A stretch of 64,000 nt of DNA from the human T2T-CHM13v2.0 reference genome, Homo sapiens. The position numbers and the translations under genes are program-made. This document shows positions 29,481-43,039 of this stretch, in pieces. Location: the NCBI RefSeq assembly GCF_009914755.1, contig NC_060947.1, one strand, 5' to 3'. Numbering within the stretch: the first letter of the stretch is position 1; every line of letters starts with the position of its first letter. The notes under the pieces are model-generated. The model worked only from the letters and a program-made list of their open reading frames with translations. It made no database searches and had not been told where the DNA came from.

Positions 29481-29981
29481 TGACAAAGCCTCTCTCCTTG
29501 ACCAAACTTTAAGTGGGGTCCTCTGAGCCTTCTTCTCAGCTACACTATGACCTTTGAGCCTCCAAACTGTGTCTTTGCAGAAGTTTAGCAAGCATTCTGC
29601 TGAGTTAGTTTAGTGAGAATCCCTTGAGATCTGATCACTCTCAATATCTGGTCAAATTCCTCATCCTCCATCATGCCCCAGGTGATATATGATCACCCTG
29701 GCCTGCCTTCAGCAAGAATCCTGTTAGGTCAGTTTAGCAAGAATTGCCCTACTCTTAGTAATTTTTTGTCCTCCAACCCTCCATGCTGATCCTTGGCTAT
29801 AAATTCCCACTTTTCCTTGTTGTATTCAGAACCAAGATCGGTTCTAAACCGAGATCTCTGTTTCCTTATTGCAGTCATTCCTGAATAAAATCTGCTTTTA
29901 TTATGTTGGTGCAAAAGTAATTGTGGTTTTTGCCATTACTTTTAATACTACTTTACTGGCCAGCTCTTGTTCCCTTTAAGA
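29481..29981 (+). mobile_element. MER31 LTR containing a half MADE1 (29901-29946)
   Basis: TGACAAAG.CTCTCTCCTTGACCAAACTTTA start, GTTTAGCAAGAA repeats, AATAAA; MADE1 TIR GTTGGTGCAAAAGTAATTG.GGTTTTTGCCATT. Confidence 0.8.
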
Positions 29982-31109
29982 GCACTGTTTTAGCTACATC
30001 CCACAGATTTATATGTTGTATCTCCTTTTTTATTTAGTTCAAAATATTTTTTAATCTCCCACGAGTGTGTGGTTTAATTTTCAATATTTGGGAATGTACC
30101 AGATATCTTCCTGTTAATGATTTCTAGTTTAATTCCATTATGGTCTGAGAACATACAATGTATGATTTATTTTATTTTCAATTTGTTGCAGCTGATTCTA
30201 TAGCCCAGATATGGTTTTTCTTGGTGCATTTGAATAGAAAGTATATTTCGCTGTTTCAGTTGGCATGTTCTATACATGGCAATTAGGTCTAATTGTTTGA
30301 TAGTATTGCTCAAATCTTCTGTAGCCTGGCTATCTCTTTCTTTCTCGGCTTGTCCTCTTCTTTAAAGCCAGATAGTTTGAATTTCTATCCCTGGGTCTGA
30401 GAGAGATTTGAAAGTTGGTATCAAGGACGTGGAAGTTGCCTTCTTGACCTCAGAACAGGCCCACCTTGAAAGAGGTTCTGAGAAAACTACTGACTTTTGA
30501 CTGCTTCTTGCATTATTAATCAATACCTCACATGCACTGGGTACACTGAAAATGTGCTGAATATGGTTGTTTGGTGAAAGTGTTCCTCTTAGGGTCAGTA
30601 TTTGGTAACTATAATCTGGTAAGAAATGTGAGTTTGTTACTTTATTATGTCTTAGTTTAAAAATATGGAAAAAAATGCAAAATATCAAGATCTTTTTATA
30701 GGGTGGGGTGTAGTGCAGGCCATTTTGTTCCTTTTTTTTTTTTTTACAAGTGCCCAACAAAGTTTGTTTCCAGATTTAGCCAGCAATAGATTCTTCAACA
30801 TTATTGCCTAATAGTAATCTTCTGAGACTTTGGTTTTCCAACATTATGTTATCAAATGTAGTGCTTTTCTGTTAAACCCAAAAGACCACTGCTCTGGTTA
30901 TCTTGAAAGGCATCACGGCAATAGCTTCTCAGTTAGCTCAGTGCATTTAAGTGTGTGTACCAGCACTAGCAAGAAATAGTCTCTTGTGCCTTAAAATCCA
31001 GGCAAATCTGAAAATGTCTGTGGGGAATTGGATGAACATAGCATAGACATAATGGAAGGGATTTTCTTAGCTTTATTTTTAAAAACTGGTTTACCCTAAC
31101 AGTCAATCC

Positions 31110-31580
31110 AGGCTCTGGTAACTAATCAGCTTTTTCATCACCACTACCCAGATCCAAGCTTCTATTATCTCTCACTTGAATTCCTGTAGCTTTCTAACCT
31201 GTCTCCCGGTTTCACCCTTGCCCCCAAACCCCCTACAGCTTGTTCTCCACACAGAAGCCAGGTGATTTGAAGTCATTCTTCTGCTCAAAACTTGCCAGTG
31301 GTTTCCCATCTCAGAGTAAAACCCAAAGATTTTATTATGATCCTCAAGGGCCTGCATGGTCTGATCCCCTGATAACTCTTTGACCTAATCTCCTACCACT
31401 GTCTCCCTCAAACTCTTCATTCCAGACTCATTGGCATTTTTGCCATTCCTTGAACTCATCGCACACACTGTTACCTCATGACCTTTGCGCTTGTAATTCC
31501 CTCTGTTAAGAAAGTTCTTTTCTTAGATATCCACTTGTTTCATTCTTCATTTTCTTTAGAGAGGTGTTCAAAGGTTACTT
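31110..31580 (-). mobile_element. L2 fragment
   Basis: TCTCCACACAGAAGCCAG, CTGCTCAAAAC...GGTTTCCCATCTCAGAGTAAAA and GACCTTTGC.CTTG motifs. Confidence 0.72.
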
Positions 31581-31594
31581 TATTAAAAAGGCCT

Positions 31595-32150
31595 TTTTAA
31601 AAATGTTACTTTAAGTTCTGGGATACATGTGCAGAACGCGCCGGTTTGTTACATAGGTATGCGTGTGCCATGGTAGTTTCCTGCACCTATCAACCCATCA
31701 TCTAGGTTTTAAGCCCCACATGCATTAGGTATTTGTCCTAATGCTCTCGCTCTCCTTGCCCCCCAGCCCCCAACAGGCCCTGGTGTGTGATGTTCCCCTC
31801 CCTGTGTCCATATGTTCTCATTGTTCAACTCCCACTTGTGAGTGAGAACATGTGGTGTTTGGTTTTCGTTCTTGTGTCAGTTTGCTTCCAGCTTCAGATG
31901 ACTTCCAGCTTCATCCATGTCCCTGCAAAGGACATGAACTCATTCTTTTTTATGACTGCATAAAATGAGTTCATTCTTTTTTATGGCTGCATAATATTCC
32001 ATGATATATATGTGCCACATTTTCTTTATCCAGTGTATCACTGATGGGCATTTGGGTTGGTTCCAAGTCTTTGCTATTGTAAATAGTGCTGCAATAAACA
32101 TATAGTGCTGCAATAAACATATACCCAAAGGATTATAAATCCTTCTACTA
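31595..32150 (-). mobile_element. L1PA (L1PA8-like) 3' end with internal microduplications
   Basis: TACTTTAAGTTCTGGGATACATGTGCAGAAC...AAGCCCCACATGCATTAGG. Confidence 0.88.
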
Positions 32151-32199
32151 TAAGCCCATGTATTTTTTTCATCTGCTGGCAACAATCAGGGTCTTTTGG

Positions 32200-32504
32200 A
32201 TTTTTTTTGTTTTTGTTTTTGTTTTTAGATGGAGTCTTGATCTGTTGCCAGGTTGGAGTGGAGTGGTGTGATCCTGGCTCACTACAACCTCCGACTCCCT
32301 GGTTCAAGCCATTCTCCTGCCTCAGCCTCCTGAGTACCTGGGATTACAGGCACGCCCCACCACGCCTAGCTAAGTTTTGTATTTTTAGTAGAGATGGGGT
32401 TTCACCATGTTGGCCAGGATGGTCTCCATCTCCTGACCTCATGATCTGCCCACCTCAGCCTCCCAAACTGCTGAAATTACAGGCATGAGCCACCACACCA
32501 GGCC
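32200..32504 (-). mobile_element. AluSc-like
   Basis: Antisense dimer with TGTTGCCAGG and TTGGCCAGGATGG. Confidence 0.9.
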
Positions 32505-33909
32505 ATCTTTTGGAATTTTTAACTGATCTGACCAAACCAACAGAAGAGCTGGTACTGCTATTAATATTAAGCAGGATAGTATACTAAGGAAAGTTGAAGA
32601 GTTTTTAAAAATCATATTGTTCCTCCCCAAGGTATTTTGGTGACTTCAAATCCGTATATCAACATACATAATAGAATGCTTTCCCTCTATTTCTTACTAG
32701 TCTAGGCCAATGGCAAGAATGATATAATAGTGTGGATATCCAGGAGGCTCACCTGATTTAAGGTCTTACTTATCATTATTGACTCATACAGCTGTAATAC
32801 AAGGGCAATCAGTAGGTGTAGTGCTTCAACATCTCTATTTAAAAACTGAAAACTATGGTGACTTGTATTAATACTACAAAAAATGACTTGGTAGATTTAC
32901 TCCCTGAATGCTCTGTTTGCATGAATGTTGCTAATGGGAACAGAGATGCATTAAATATGGGCTTGCAGGTGGTGTCTCATGGGATTGGTAATTAATTCAC
33001 ACAATAAAGCACTAACATACCTTTTCATGGGTAATTACAATACTGAATCACCAATGAAGCCTAGTAATATTTTAAATCTTTTAAGTTACAACCAGATGTG
33101 CAAGCTTTGGAATAATTCCTCTCAGTTTCTTACCAACAAATGCATGTTGTTTGTTTTATTAATTTCAATTGAATATTTTTAGTCTAAAATGGAAAGAAGT
33201 TGAGTGGCAATAAAATGGTATTCATAAAAATAAGCCACTGCTCATTTTACATTTTTAAGTTAGGGTTTGGTCATCATAAAGCCTGAGCTACTCAGACTCA
33301 TAACTTCTCTATTACTCTGAACATCTGAAATTTAGCAGTGAAAAGACCCTAAAAAGCAAATACAGGGTTTTCCCCTTAGAAAATTGCAAAAATATGGCCT
33401 CTTAGGGGTGTTTCCCCACAATAATTTCCCTTTGAGTTGGGGGAGCCATTTCCCAAGTCTGCCCTCTCTTTCAATGAACATTTACTCGGCCTTTGACCAC
33501 CCATGAAAGATCACTACCATTCTTTCCCTCTCCTACCCATTGAATTTTATGAGCCCCCATCCTGTTAGAATGGTGTCACTTACATCACATAGATGGATTT
33601 GAATATTTTGGGTAAATCTTGTACAGCTGTTTTCAAAGTAGTCAATGTAACTCTTTACTGGGTTACAAAGTCAACATTCAATCATTAAAATATGAAATAT
33701 AATAGAATATACCAAAGTATATAGTATGCAGTAAAGATAAATATGATTTCAGGAGGGTTTTGTATATGTGTATATATATGTAGGCATACACATACATATA
33801 TATACACACATACATGCATGCATACAAGTATGTGTCTGCTAAGTCACCATGCATTTAATGCATATTTCTTCCTAATAGTTACGGTCAAAAAGTTTAAAAT
33901 CATTGCTCT

Positions 33910-34145
33910 AGAGTAGTTTTCCACAAAATGTGGTCTGGGATGCTTCAAACAGATAGCTGGGCTCCATCTCAGACCTTTTAAGCAGTTCATTTGAACTGTG
34001 GTTCAAAGAGTCCTCACCTAATCTGAAAAACTAACCTTTGTTAAAGTGCTAATGAGGAAGGGCTGTACTCTGGAACAATTAAATCAGAGTCCCTGGAGCC
34101 TTCTCTACAAGATTTCAATGTGCATCCAGGATTGAAAACCACTGG
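33910..34145. mobile_element. MER5-family fragment
   Basis: AGTAGTTTTC..AAAATGTGGTC start and TTGAAAACCACTG end. Confidence 0.5.
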
Positions 34146-34244
34146 GCTCTACAGTGGTCTTTGGAAACAGATACTAGAGTTCAAAGTCAAGTAGGAAAGA
34201 GATAGTAGAATTTGCCTGTGCTGCTTATCTCACTCCATCTATGC

Positions 34245-34431
34245 CAGTGGTTCTTAGACCTTAGTGTTCATCAGAATCACCTGGAGGGCTTCTTAAAACA
34301 GATTGCTGCACCCCACCCCCAGAGTTGTTAATTCCATAAGTTTAGACTAGGGCCCAAGAATTTGCATATCTAACAAATTCCCATGTGATGCTGATTCTGC
34401 CAGTCTGAAGACTACATTTTGAGAACCACTG
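34245..34431. mobile_element. MER5A
   Basis: CAGTGGTTCT...CATCAGAATCACCTGGAGGGCTT...TTTGAGAACCACTG TIRs. Confidence 0.88.
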
Positions 34432-36063
34432 ATCTATAAAAGGACTAGCTATATCCAGTTGAAAAGGGTACTTAAGACATAATGTTAACTACCACCAACT
34501 AGGATTAACTCTAAATAGCAAGGCTGGTTAAATGCTTGAAAAGAAATGTAGTCTATCACATTAACTGGCTAAAGAAGAAAAGTTGTATGATTATATCAAC
34601 AAATTCAGAAAAAGCTTTTGACAAAATCCTACATCCACGTATACAGAAACTCTCAGCAAACTTCTTAAGGCAGACGTTTACGTTGTTGATTTGAGATATT
34701 TCTTCTTTTTTAGTGTAAGTGTTTACAGCTATAAATTTTCCTCTGAACACATATTTGCTGCCCATGAGTTTTTTTTCCATGTTTTGATTTTAATTCATAT
34801 CACTGTATTTTCTAATTTTCCTTGTGTTTTGTTCTTGACCCATTGGTTATTAAAGATTATTTTTGTTTAATTTCCTCATATTTGTTAATTTCCCATCTTT
34901 TCTTGTTATTGCTTTCTAATTTCATTCCATTATGGTCAGAAAACATACTTTGTATGATTACAACATTTTAAACACATTAACCCTTGTTTTACAGCCTAAT
35001 ATACGATCTATCCTGGAAAACATTCCATGTGCACTTCAGAGGAATATATATTCTGCCATTGTGGGGTAGAATGTTCTATGGTGTCTGTCAGGTCTAGTTG
35101 GTTTGTAGTGTTGTTAAGTTTTCCATTTTTTCTGCTAATCTTCTGACTAGTTGTTCTATCAATCATTAAAAGTAGAGTGTTGGAGTCTCCAACTATTAAT
35201 GTTGATTTGCCACCTTCTCCCTTCAATTCTGTCAGTTTTTACTTCTGTAATTTGAGGGCTCTGTTGTTAGAACCCTCAAAATTCAGCATATAAGTTTATA
35301 ATTGCTATATCTTGAGTTGATCCTTTTGCCATTATACTATGTCCTCCTTTTTCTCTAGTAACAATTTTGCCTTAAAATCTATTTTGTGTGATATTAGCAT
35401 GGCCATTCCAGCTCTTTTTTGCTTACTATTTACACGGAATCTTTTGTTCTATCCTTTTATTTTCAACCTTTTTGTATCTTTAAAGTATATCTTTTGTATG
35501 CAGCATATAGTTGGATGATGTTTTAAAAACCAGTTCTGCCAATTTATGTCTTTTAATTGGAAAATGTAATATATTTTTTCTAATGTAATGAATAACAAAA
35601 TAGGATTATGTCTATAATTTTGCTATTTGTTTTCAATGTCTTGTGTTTTTTGTATTCCTCAGTTTCTCCATTACTATCTTCTTTTGTGTTAAGTAGAGAC
35701 ATACAGTATCATTTTAATTCACTTGTCATTTCTTTTCCTATATATTTTTGAGCAATTTTTAGTTGTTACCCTGGGTGTTATCAATAATATCTTAATTCAT
35801 AATAATCTAGTTCAGATTAAGATCAACTTTAATTTCAATAGTATACAAAACTTTGCTCCTAAATAGTATCATTCCCCCCTCCCTTATGTTGTTTTTGTCA
35901 CAAATTACATCTTCATACATTGTGTGCCCATCAGCTTACATTTATATGTATTGCATTGTGAGTTGTCTTTTGAATCATATATGGGAAAAAAAGTTATGAC
36001 AAAGAATATGTTTATACTGTCTTTTATATTTAACTATGTAATTATCTTAACTAGTGTTCTTTC

Positions 36064-37720
36064 TTTTTTTTGAAAACTTGCTATTTATTTGACAAAAAAG
36101 CTTTTGAATTTAATAAAGAATTGGCAATACATTAATTCAAAATGTTTTCACTAAGCACCAAATAGAATCGTCCCCAATCTCTGCACCGAGAACCCCTTTG
36201 AAAGAATGCCTAAAACTTAATCAGTTTATTTAGGTTTTTAATCAAGAAATCCATTAGCAACAATCTTCCTTAATGGAAAAATGTCTCACCTCCCATAATG
36301 TAAAACAAAAATTATACAAGCAAACAAAACTCAAAACAGAAAGAGATGATCAGAGCAAGCTTCAGCCCCTCATAGCTCACCTATGCCCCAATTGTCACAC
36401 TGCTGAAAACAGGGTCTGCCTCATTACTTAAACTAATTCATTGCTGCAGAACATAACAACATTTAGCATATCACAGCTCCCACTACATCCCTCCCTGTCA
36501 AAAAAGTAAATAAACAGCACACAAAATATAAACTTATGCCAAATAAAAGTCAGCATCAACCTAAGGTTCCTAATGTAATACTACTACACTAACCCAGGAT
36601 ATTTTAATCTTTTTCTGACCTATTTACAAAAAATCCTCATTTTGAGAGCTCTGGAAGCATTACAAATATTGTTGCATTAGATTCCTCTTCTTGAGGTAGT
36701 TTGAAGTCTTGAAACAGAGCAAATTTACATATTTTTCTACATTACCACTGAAGGGTAACTATCATAAGAGGCCTACAACAAAAATCCTCTTCCTCTGATT
36801 CTCAGGCTATTATAATTTTTCCCTCAGATCAAACAAACAATGGGAAACACACATGAAAAGATGATAAGTCATACAAAAATTTAAAAACAAGCACAACAAC
36901 CATAAAAAAGAGTCGGTATCATCATACTAACACTCTAAACTTTGCTAGACGAAAAAAGAATTTACTTGGTTTACCCAAGCTATAGACATTTTATAGAGTA
37001 CTCAAGAAATTAACAGCTTGTAACAATAGTGGAAAAATTTTTGGTGGGAGCAGAAAACTAAAATCAACACCTTCTCTGGCAAAGACTTCTTCCCAAATGC
37101 CAAGTCCACAAGAAGGAATGTGTGGCAAACCTTGCACACCAGCCCTCTCTCAGGCTGACAGCCTTTGCCCTTTGCTCAGGTTGGCTTCAGAGGTGGAGGG
37201 ATATTGGCAGATGCCTGCTCAAGGTAGGCCAAGGAGCCCTGAGGGATGTCGGCTGGCTTTTGTTCTGCATGTTGATGTCCTTTAGCACCTGCTGCCAATG
37301 CCTCAGCTTTGTCAAATGCTTCTGGACCAGTGCATCTTAATGTTGTAATTCATTCCATAGTTCTGAGATATCCTCTTTGATAACTTGCTCTGGTTTCTGG
37401 ACAGATAATTGCAATCTTTTTTTAGGAAAAACAAAACAAAGCAAACATTGTCTCTCTTGCAGTATCCGGAAACTTCTGGATACACTGATTAACACCAGTT
37501 TGAATTTCTTCCTGATCAGTGCCATTGACATAGTCCTGACTCACCAGAGATACAAAGCAAGCCTTGAAAGATGACTCCAAGTCAACCACCAAAGTACTAT
37601 TAGAAGGGCTTGGAGCACCTGAGAAGTGAAGCCTAGCCTAGGAGGCCTGTCAGGGGTGGTCGGGCCCCTGGTGGCTGCCCAGAGAACATACTACCTAGTG
37701 GAGCTGCCTGTTTGGAGTGA
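36064..37720 (-). pseudogene. MED28P4: Processed pseudogene of MED28 (Mediator subunit 28), near full length with 3'UTR
   Basis: - strand pieces translate to [62 protein letters not shown] and [26 protein letters not shown] (stop 37176-37178). ATG lost near 37709, frameshifts, intronless. About 1.1 kb 3'UTR, AATAAA (+ TTTATT 36084-36089), short poly(A) 36064-36071. The P4 number is from memory. Confidence 0.92.
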
Positions 37721-37839
37721 CAGGGTCTTTATTTCCTCAAGTAAGTTAGGTGTAAATCCTAGGTATTGTCTAGTGTCCTTTCAGAAGTTCCTTTAGCATT
37801 TCTTCTTCTTTCTTCTTCTTCTTTTTTTTTTCTTTCTTT

Positions 37840-37984
37840 TTTTTTTTTTTTTTTTTTTTTTGTTTTTTTGAGACGAGGTCTCACTATGTTGCCCAAGCTG
37901 GTCTCTAACTCCTGAGCTTAAGCGATCCTCCCACCTCAGCCACCCAAAGTGCTGGGATTACAAGAGTGAGCCACGTGCCTGGCC
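37840..37984 (-). mobile_element. FLAM_C / Alu left monomer
   Basis: Antisense monomer with T-rich tail. Confidence 0.85.
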
Positions 37985-38571
37985 AATATTTCTTTAGTGC
38001 AGGTTTGCTAGTGGCAAACTCTCAGTTTTTATTTATCTGAGACTGTCTTAATTACTCCTACGTTTTTTTAATTATGGTTTTGCTACAAATAGGAATTTTG
38101 GTTTATAATTTTTCTTTCAGTGCTTTGAATATGTCAGCCCAATGTTTTGTGGCCTCTGTGGTTTCTGATGAGTTCATCTTATTGAGGATCACTTGTATGT
38201 GATGAGTGGTTGCTCTCTTGCTCCTTTCAAGGTTCTCTCTTTTCTCTGGCTTTCAATAGTTTAATTATAATGTTTGTAGGTGTGGGTCTCTTTGAGCTTA
38301 TTCTACTTGAAGTTTGTTGGCTTCTTGGATGCACAGATTAATGTTTTAAAACCATTTTGAAAAGCTTGGGGCCATTATTTATTCAAATATGTTTCTATTT
38401 CTTTCTCTTTCTTCTTTCCTCCTGGCCCTCCCATTATGCATATATTGGTATGCTTCATGGTATCCCACATCATAGAGCAGGTCTCTGAGACTCTGCTCAT
38501 TTTTCTTCATTCTTTTTTTTTATCACTATACCTCAGAATGGATAATTTTCATTGATCTCTCTCTTTCTTTT

Positions 38572-38880
38572 TTTTAATTCCCAACTTTTATTTTAAGTTC
38601 TGGGGTACATGTGCAGGATGCGCTGGTTTGTTACATAGGGAAACGTGTGCCATGGTGGTTTGATGCACAGATCAGCCCATCACCCAGGTATTAAGCCCAG
38701 CATCCATTAGCTATTCTTCCTGATGCTCTCCCTACCCCCATTCCCCACCCTCCAACAGGCCCCGTTTTGTGGTGTTCTCCCCATGTGTCCATGTGTTCTC
38801 ATCATTCAGTTTCCACTTATAAGTGAGAACACACAGTATTTGGTTTTCTGTTTCTGCATTAGTTTGCTAAGGATAATGTA
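38572..38880 (-). mobile_element. L1PA (PA11-13-like) 3' end
   Basis: CAACTTTTATTTTAAGTTC.GGGGTACATGTGCAGGAT...AAGCCCAGCATCCATTAGCTATTC. Confidence 0.85.
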
Positions 38881-41049
38881 ATCGCACTTTATGTTCTTTG
38901 ATTGTTTCTTCTGCCTGCTCAGATCTGCTATTAGTTCCCCTAGTGATTATTTCCTGTCAGTTATTGTAATTTTTAAGCTCCAGAATTTCTATTTGGTTTC
39001 TTTTTATTATTCCTGTCTCTTTTTATTTTCTATTTGGTGAGACAACTTTCTCATATTTTCCTTTAGTTCTTCAGGCATGTTTTCCTTTGGCTCTTTGAAA
39101 ATATTTAAAATAGCCATTTTGAAGTCTACCTAGTAAGTCCAATGTCTGGATTTCCTCAGTGACAGCTTCTATTGGTTGCTTATTTTCCTGTGTGTGGGCC
39201 ATACTTCCTTGTTTCTTTGCACATCTTCTAATTCTTTTGTTGAAAACTGGACATTTCAAAGAATACAATGTGAGAACTCTGAAAATCAGTCCCTTACCCT
39301 CCCAGGGTTTCTTGTTGCTGCTTTAAGTAGCTGTTTAATTACTTTTTATGAAGTAATGTTGTAAATTCTTTATCTTTGCATTTGTGGCCACTAAAGTCTC
39401 CACTTACTTAGCTTAGTGGTCAGATAATGATTAAACAGCATTTTTCTTAAATGCCTAGAACCAAAAAGTCTTCAAGTCTTCCAGTCATAGGGGCCCCGTA
39501 TGTGTGTGTTGGGGCATGCCTTCAACACTCTACCAATCAGTTTACAACTCTGTTTCAGCCTTCACTTCCTGCTTGTGCAGAGCCTTATGTTCAGTCAGAG
39601 ATGAACGATTACAGTCATTGTAAGTCTCTCCTGAGCTTCTGAAAAGCCCTACACACATTTGTGACCTTTTAGATTCCCAAGAATATGTTGAAACTTTTCA
39701 AAACCCCTACAAGCATCTCATTCCTCAGCTTTTTCTCTTAAGCTTTCTGGCTGGTTTATTGTTTGCCTTAACTGCTATCCATCACTTCAGGCAACTGTGA
39801 TGTTAAAACATTTGAGAAATGCCCCTCCACCATCTGGGTAGAAATGTTTAGCATTAGGAGAGTTTCAGTGAGCTCTAATAATGACAAGCCTTTCAAGTTG
39901 TATCTTCCAAGGAGCCATTTGGTGGTGACTCCTATTTCTGAGTGAAGCTTTGAAAGATCTCTAGCTCTGCTCTACTTTCTCTAGTACTGGGAAGGCAGTC
40001 TGTTATTTTTCATGGTGGTGTGGAGCATGGAAACAGAGGACAGGACTAGTGTAAGTGTAAATGCCATAAAGCTTACTGTTTTTATTGAGATGCAGCTGTT
40101 TTTCTTGACTAAACACTTCCCATGTGGCTAAAGCCGTTGGTTAGTTTCCAGAGTACTGAACAAGTTGATTTTAACAATTTTGGTTAGTTTTCACATTGCT
40201 TTTATGGAGGAGCAAAATTTCAGAGTTCCTTACTCCAGCATTTTCACTGATGTTATCCCCTCATTATTTTTTGACATTTCATCTTATAATGGAAAATCAT
40301 TTTTTTTAAAGCAGTGAATAAGTTACCTATTTGTGCTTCTTATTTGTTTGTTTTGGTAACCCAGCTGTGGGCTAGAATGTCTTTGTCAGTGAAAATCTTT
40401 ATTTTAGAAGCCAAACACGATAAGCCATATTATTATTCTTTTAAATGTTCTCACTGAATAAGAAACAAAATTAAGAAAAATTTTAAGGTATGAATCACCA
40501 TTTCTAGAACCATATATACAAAGAATCATAAATATACACAATGTTTTAAAGAAGGTAAGTTATATAGTTAAAAAAAGAAATTCTGCCGTGAAGAATTTAG
40601 ATTCTATATGGTGCTGAATTGCAACACATAAGCTATATTCCAAGTAAAAATTAAGACTGACACAACAATGAACCAAATTGTATTTCACCTTTCTTTGAAG
40701 ATGCTATAAGTTTAGAATAATGTGTCAACTTTCCCTAACTTGGACTTCTTTTATTACTTTTTAAAGTTAATCTAAAACATACCAGTTTTGTTCTTGATCT
40801 GAGTTTTAGACTACTTCCACATTCTGTATATTCTTCCTAAAGGAAATTATAAAAACTTTTATGAAAATTTACCTGCAATAGGTTTATAAAGAAACTAATT
40901 AAAATGCAATTGAAATTTGAGTTACTTTTAACATAAACTATCTATGAATTTCTCACAAAGTGTTTACATAATGACATAATTATGAACAGATCAAAAGCGA
41001 GATGTGGGTTTGATTTCAAAATCTTGTATAGTTTGTCAGAATATGGAAA

Positions 41050-41096
<47 letters not shown>
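41050..41096. repeat. (GT)n microsatellite
   Basis: Directly visible. Confidence 0.95.
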
Positions 41097-41100
<4 letters not shown>

Positions 41101-42538
41101 TTTAAAAGATGGCTTGCCTTATTCAGTATTTCACCATACTTTCTATTTCCAATTAACAGTAAAGGAAGAGTTGGCTTAAAATTGATCAGATTAGTGGCAT
41201 ATGGGTGGGATTCTGGAAGCATCCAAATATTCACATGAAAAATAAATGCAAACCCTGGAGGGAAATATGCCTTCTTGCATGGAGAACTTGGCCACATGTC
41301 ATAGCTAGAACCTGTGAGAGACAAAATGTACAGGGTGCACTACATTTGTATCCTCTGTACTTTTAGCATTGCCACAACGTGATTCTTTCTGTGCAAAATG
41401 GTGACAGGAATTCCACTGCCAATGTCTAGATATCAGATGATAATAGAAGCTCTGAGGACAATCCCTGAGTCTTTTATCCTCAGATTTTAGAGCCAGACAT
41501 TGTCTTCATATGTCAGTTTGGGGAGTCTAGAATTTTTATTCTAGCCTATTTGGTAAATAGGTGTTTTACTTCACAGAAGAAACAGAGGAAGTGTTCTGAT
41601 TATGATGGTTAAAAAATCCAAAATGTACTGGGCCCTTCTGCATGCAAAGCAAGTCATTAAGTCATCATACAGTGAGTTAACATTCACAGCCATAGTCCTC
41701 CAGACACTTCAAGTATGAAGTAGACAGCATTGCCATGGTTACGCATAAAGGGGATCTGCACAAAGCAAGCCCATTGCATGGCATTATGTGCATACTGTGG
41801 GGTAGCGCAGAAGGCAATTAGGAGGCTGTATGTTGAGAAGATGTGGGAATATGAAAATATGCCTTGTCATAGAATTGTGCTGGCTTTCTAACTCAGTGTA
41901 TGAGCTCTGATGCAGTTTCATTTCTTAATGGTTCAAGGCATAATTAAGCTGAATTCTGACTATACAGAGACTCCGAATCATTGGCTTATTCAAGTATCAA
42001 ATATTAATTGAGTACCCACCATGTGCCAGGAATGGTTCATGGTGAAACCACTGGGCATTGGGAAAACAGCTGACAAAGCATTTCCCTCCCAGTGAATGCT
42101 ATATTTAAAAGTTCTCTTCACATTACAAGAAGCAGGTTATGCAGGTGAAATTTGTAATTGAAGAATAATAGAATTTATTTATTAATGCATACTACTATGT
42201 TGCTCCTCTTCCACCCTGTCAACATGGACCGTGAAGAATGCATAGCATTTAGATAGATAGACAGGGAAAGCCTTTCTTATGACAGGAACAGCACGAGTAA
42301 AGGCATAAAGGCAGGACTAAATAGAAAACAGTGAGGAACACACATTCCTTAAAACAAAATAAGTGGAAGGTCTTGGCTCTCTGATAAGTAAATGGGCTGT
42401 TTCTTGCAGGAATTTAGTTCGTTTAAATGAGAACTAAAATGCAACCATAAAATTGTCACATTCTACCAGTAGACCTCGTCTCCAGGAATGTAGTCCAACA
42501 TTTTGATCAAACCAGAAATTGTATATAAAAGGACTTTG

Positions 42539-42832
42539 GGCTGGGTGCAGTGGCTCATGCCTGTAATCCCAGCACTTTGGGAGAACGAGGAGGGCAGATC
42601 ACTTAGGGTCAGGAGTTCGAGACCAGCCTGGCCAACATGATGAAACCCCGTCTCCACTAAAAATACAAAAATTAGCCAGACATGATGTTGTGCACCTGTA
42701 ATCCCAGCTACTCAGGAGGCTGAGGCAGGAGAATGGCTTGAACCTGGGATGCAGAGGCTGCGGTGAGCCGAGATTGTGCCACTGCTCTCCTGGGCGACAA
42801 AGTGAGACTCCATTTCAAAAAAAAAAAAAAAA
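42539..42832 (+). mobile_element. AluS
   Basis: Sense dimer with A tail. Confidence 0.93.
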
Positions 42833-43039
42833 TAGCCCTTTGGAATTTTTAAGTGCTCTTACAAATGTCTTATTTATTCTTATCTTCCTTACCTAGCCCA
42901 TCAGAGGAAGCAAAAATGAGAGCAGGAAGAAAACTGGTGTGTTGACCACTATTTGGCTGTATCTTCTTGAATCTGGAATATCTTCTGAAGTGTTTTTTTT
43001 TCTTCTCTTTTCTTCTTTTATTTTTTCCTTTTCTTTTCC

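Larger units (their letters stand above)
34480..40260 (-). mobile_element. Old L1M spanning ORF2 5' part, ORF1 and 5' region; hosts the MED28 retrocopy; short sense piece at 34480-34660
   Basis: Antisense L1 endonuclease motifs (ORF 35008-35226 TLIVGDSNT.L..IDRT...LDLTD) and ORF1-like T-rich sequence. Confidence 0.75.
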
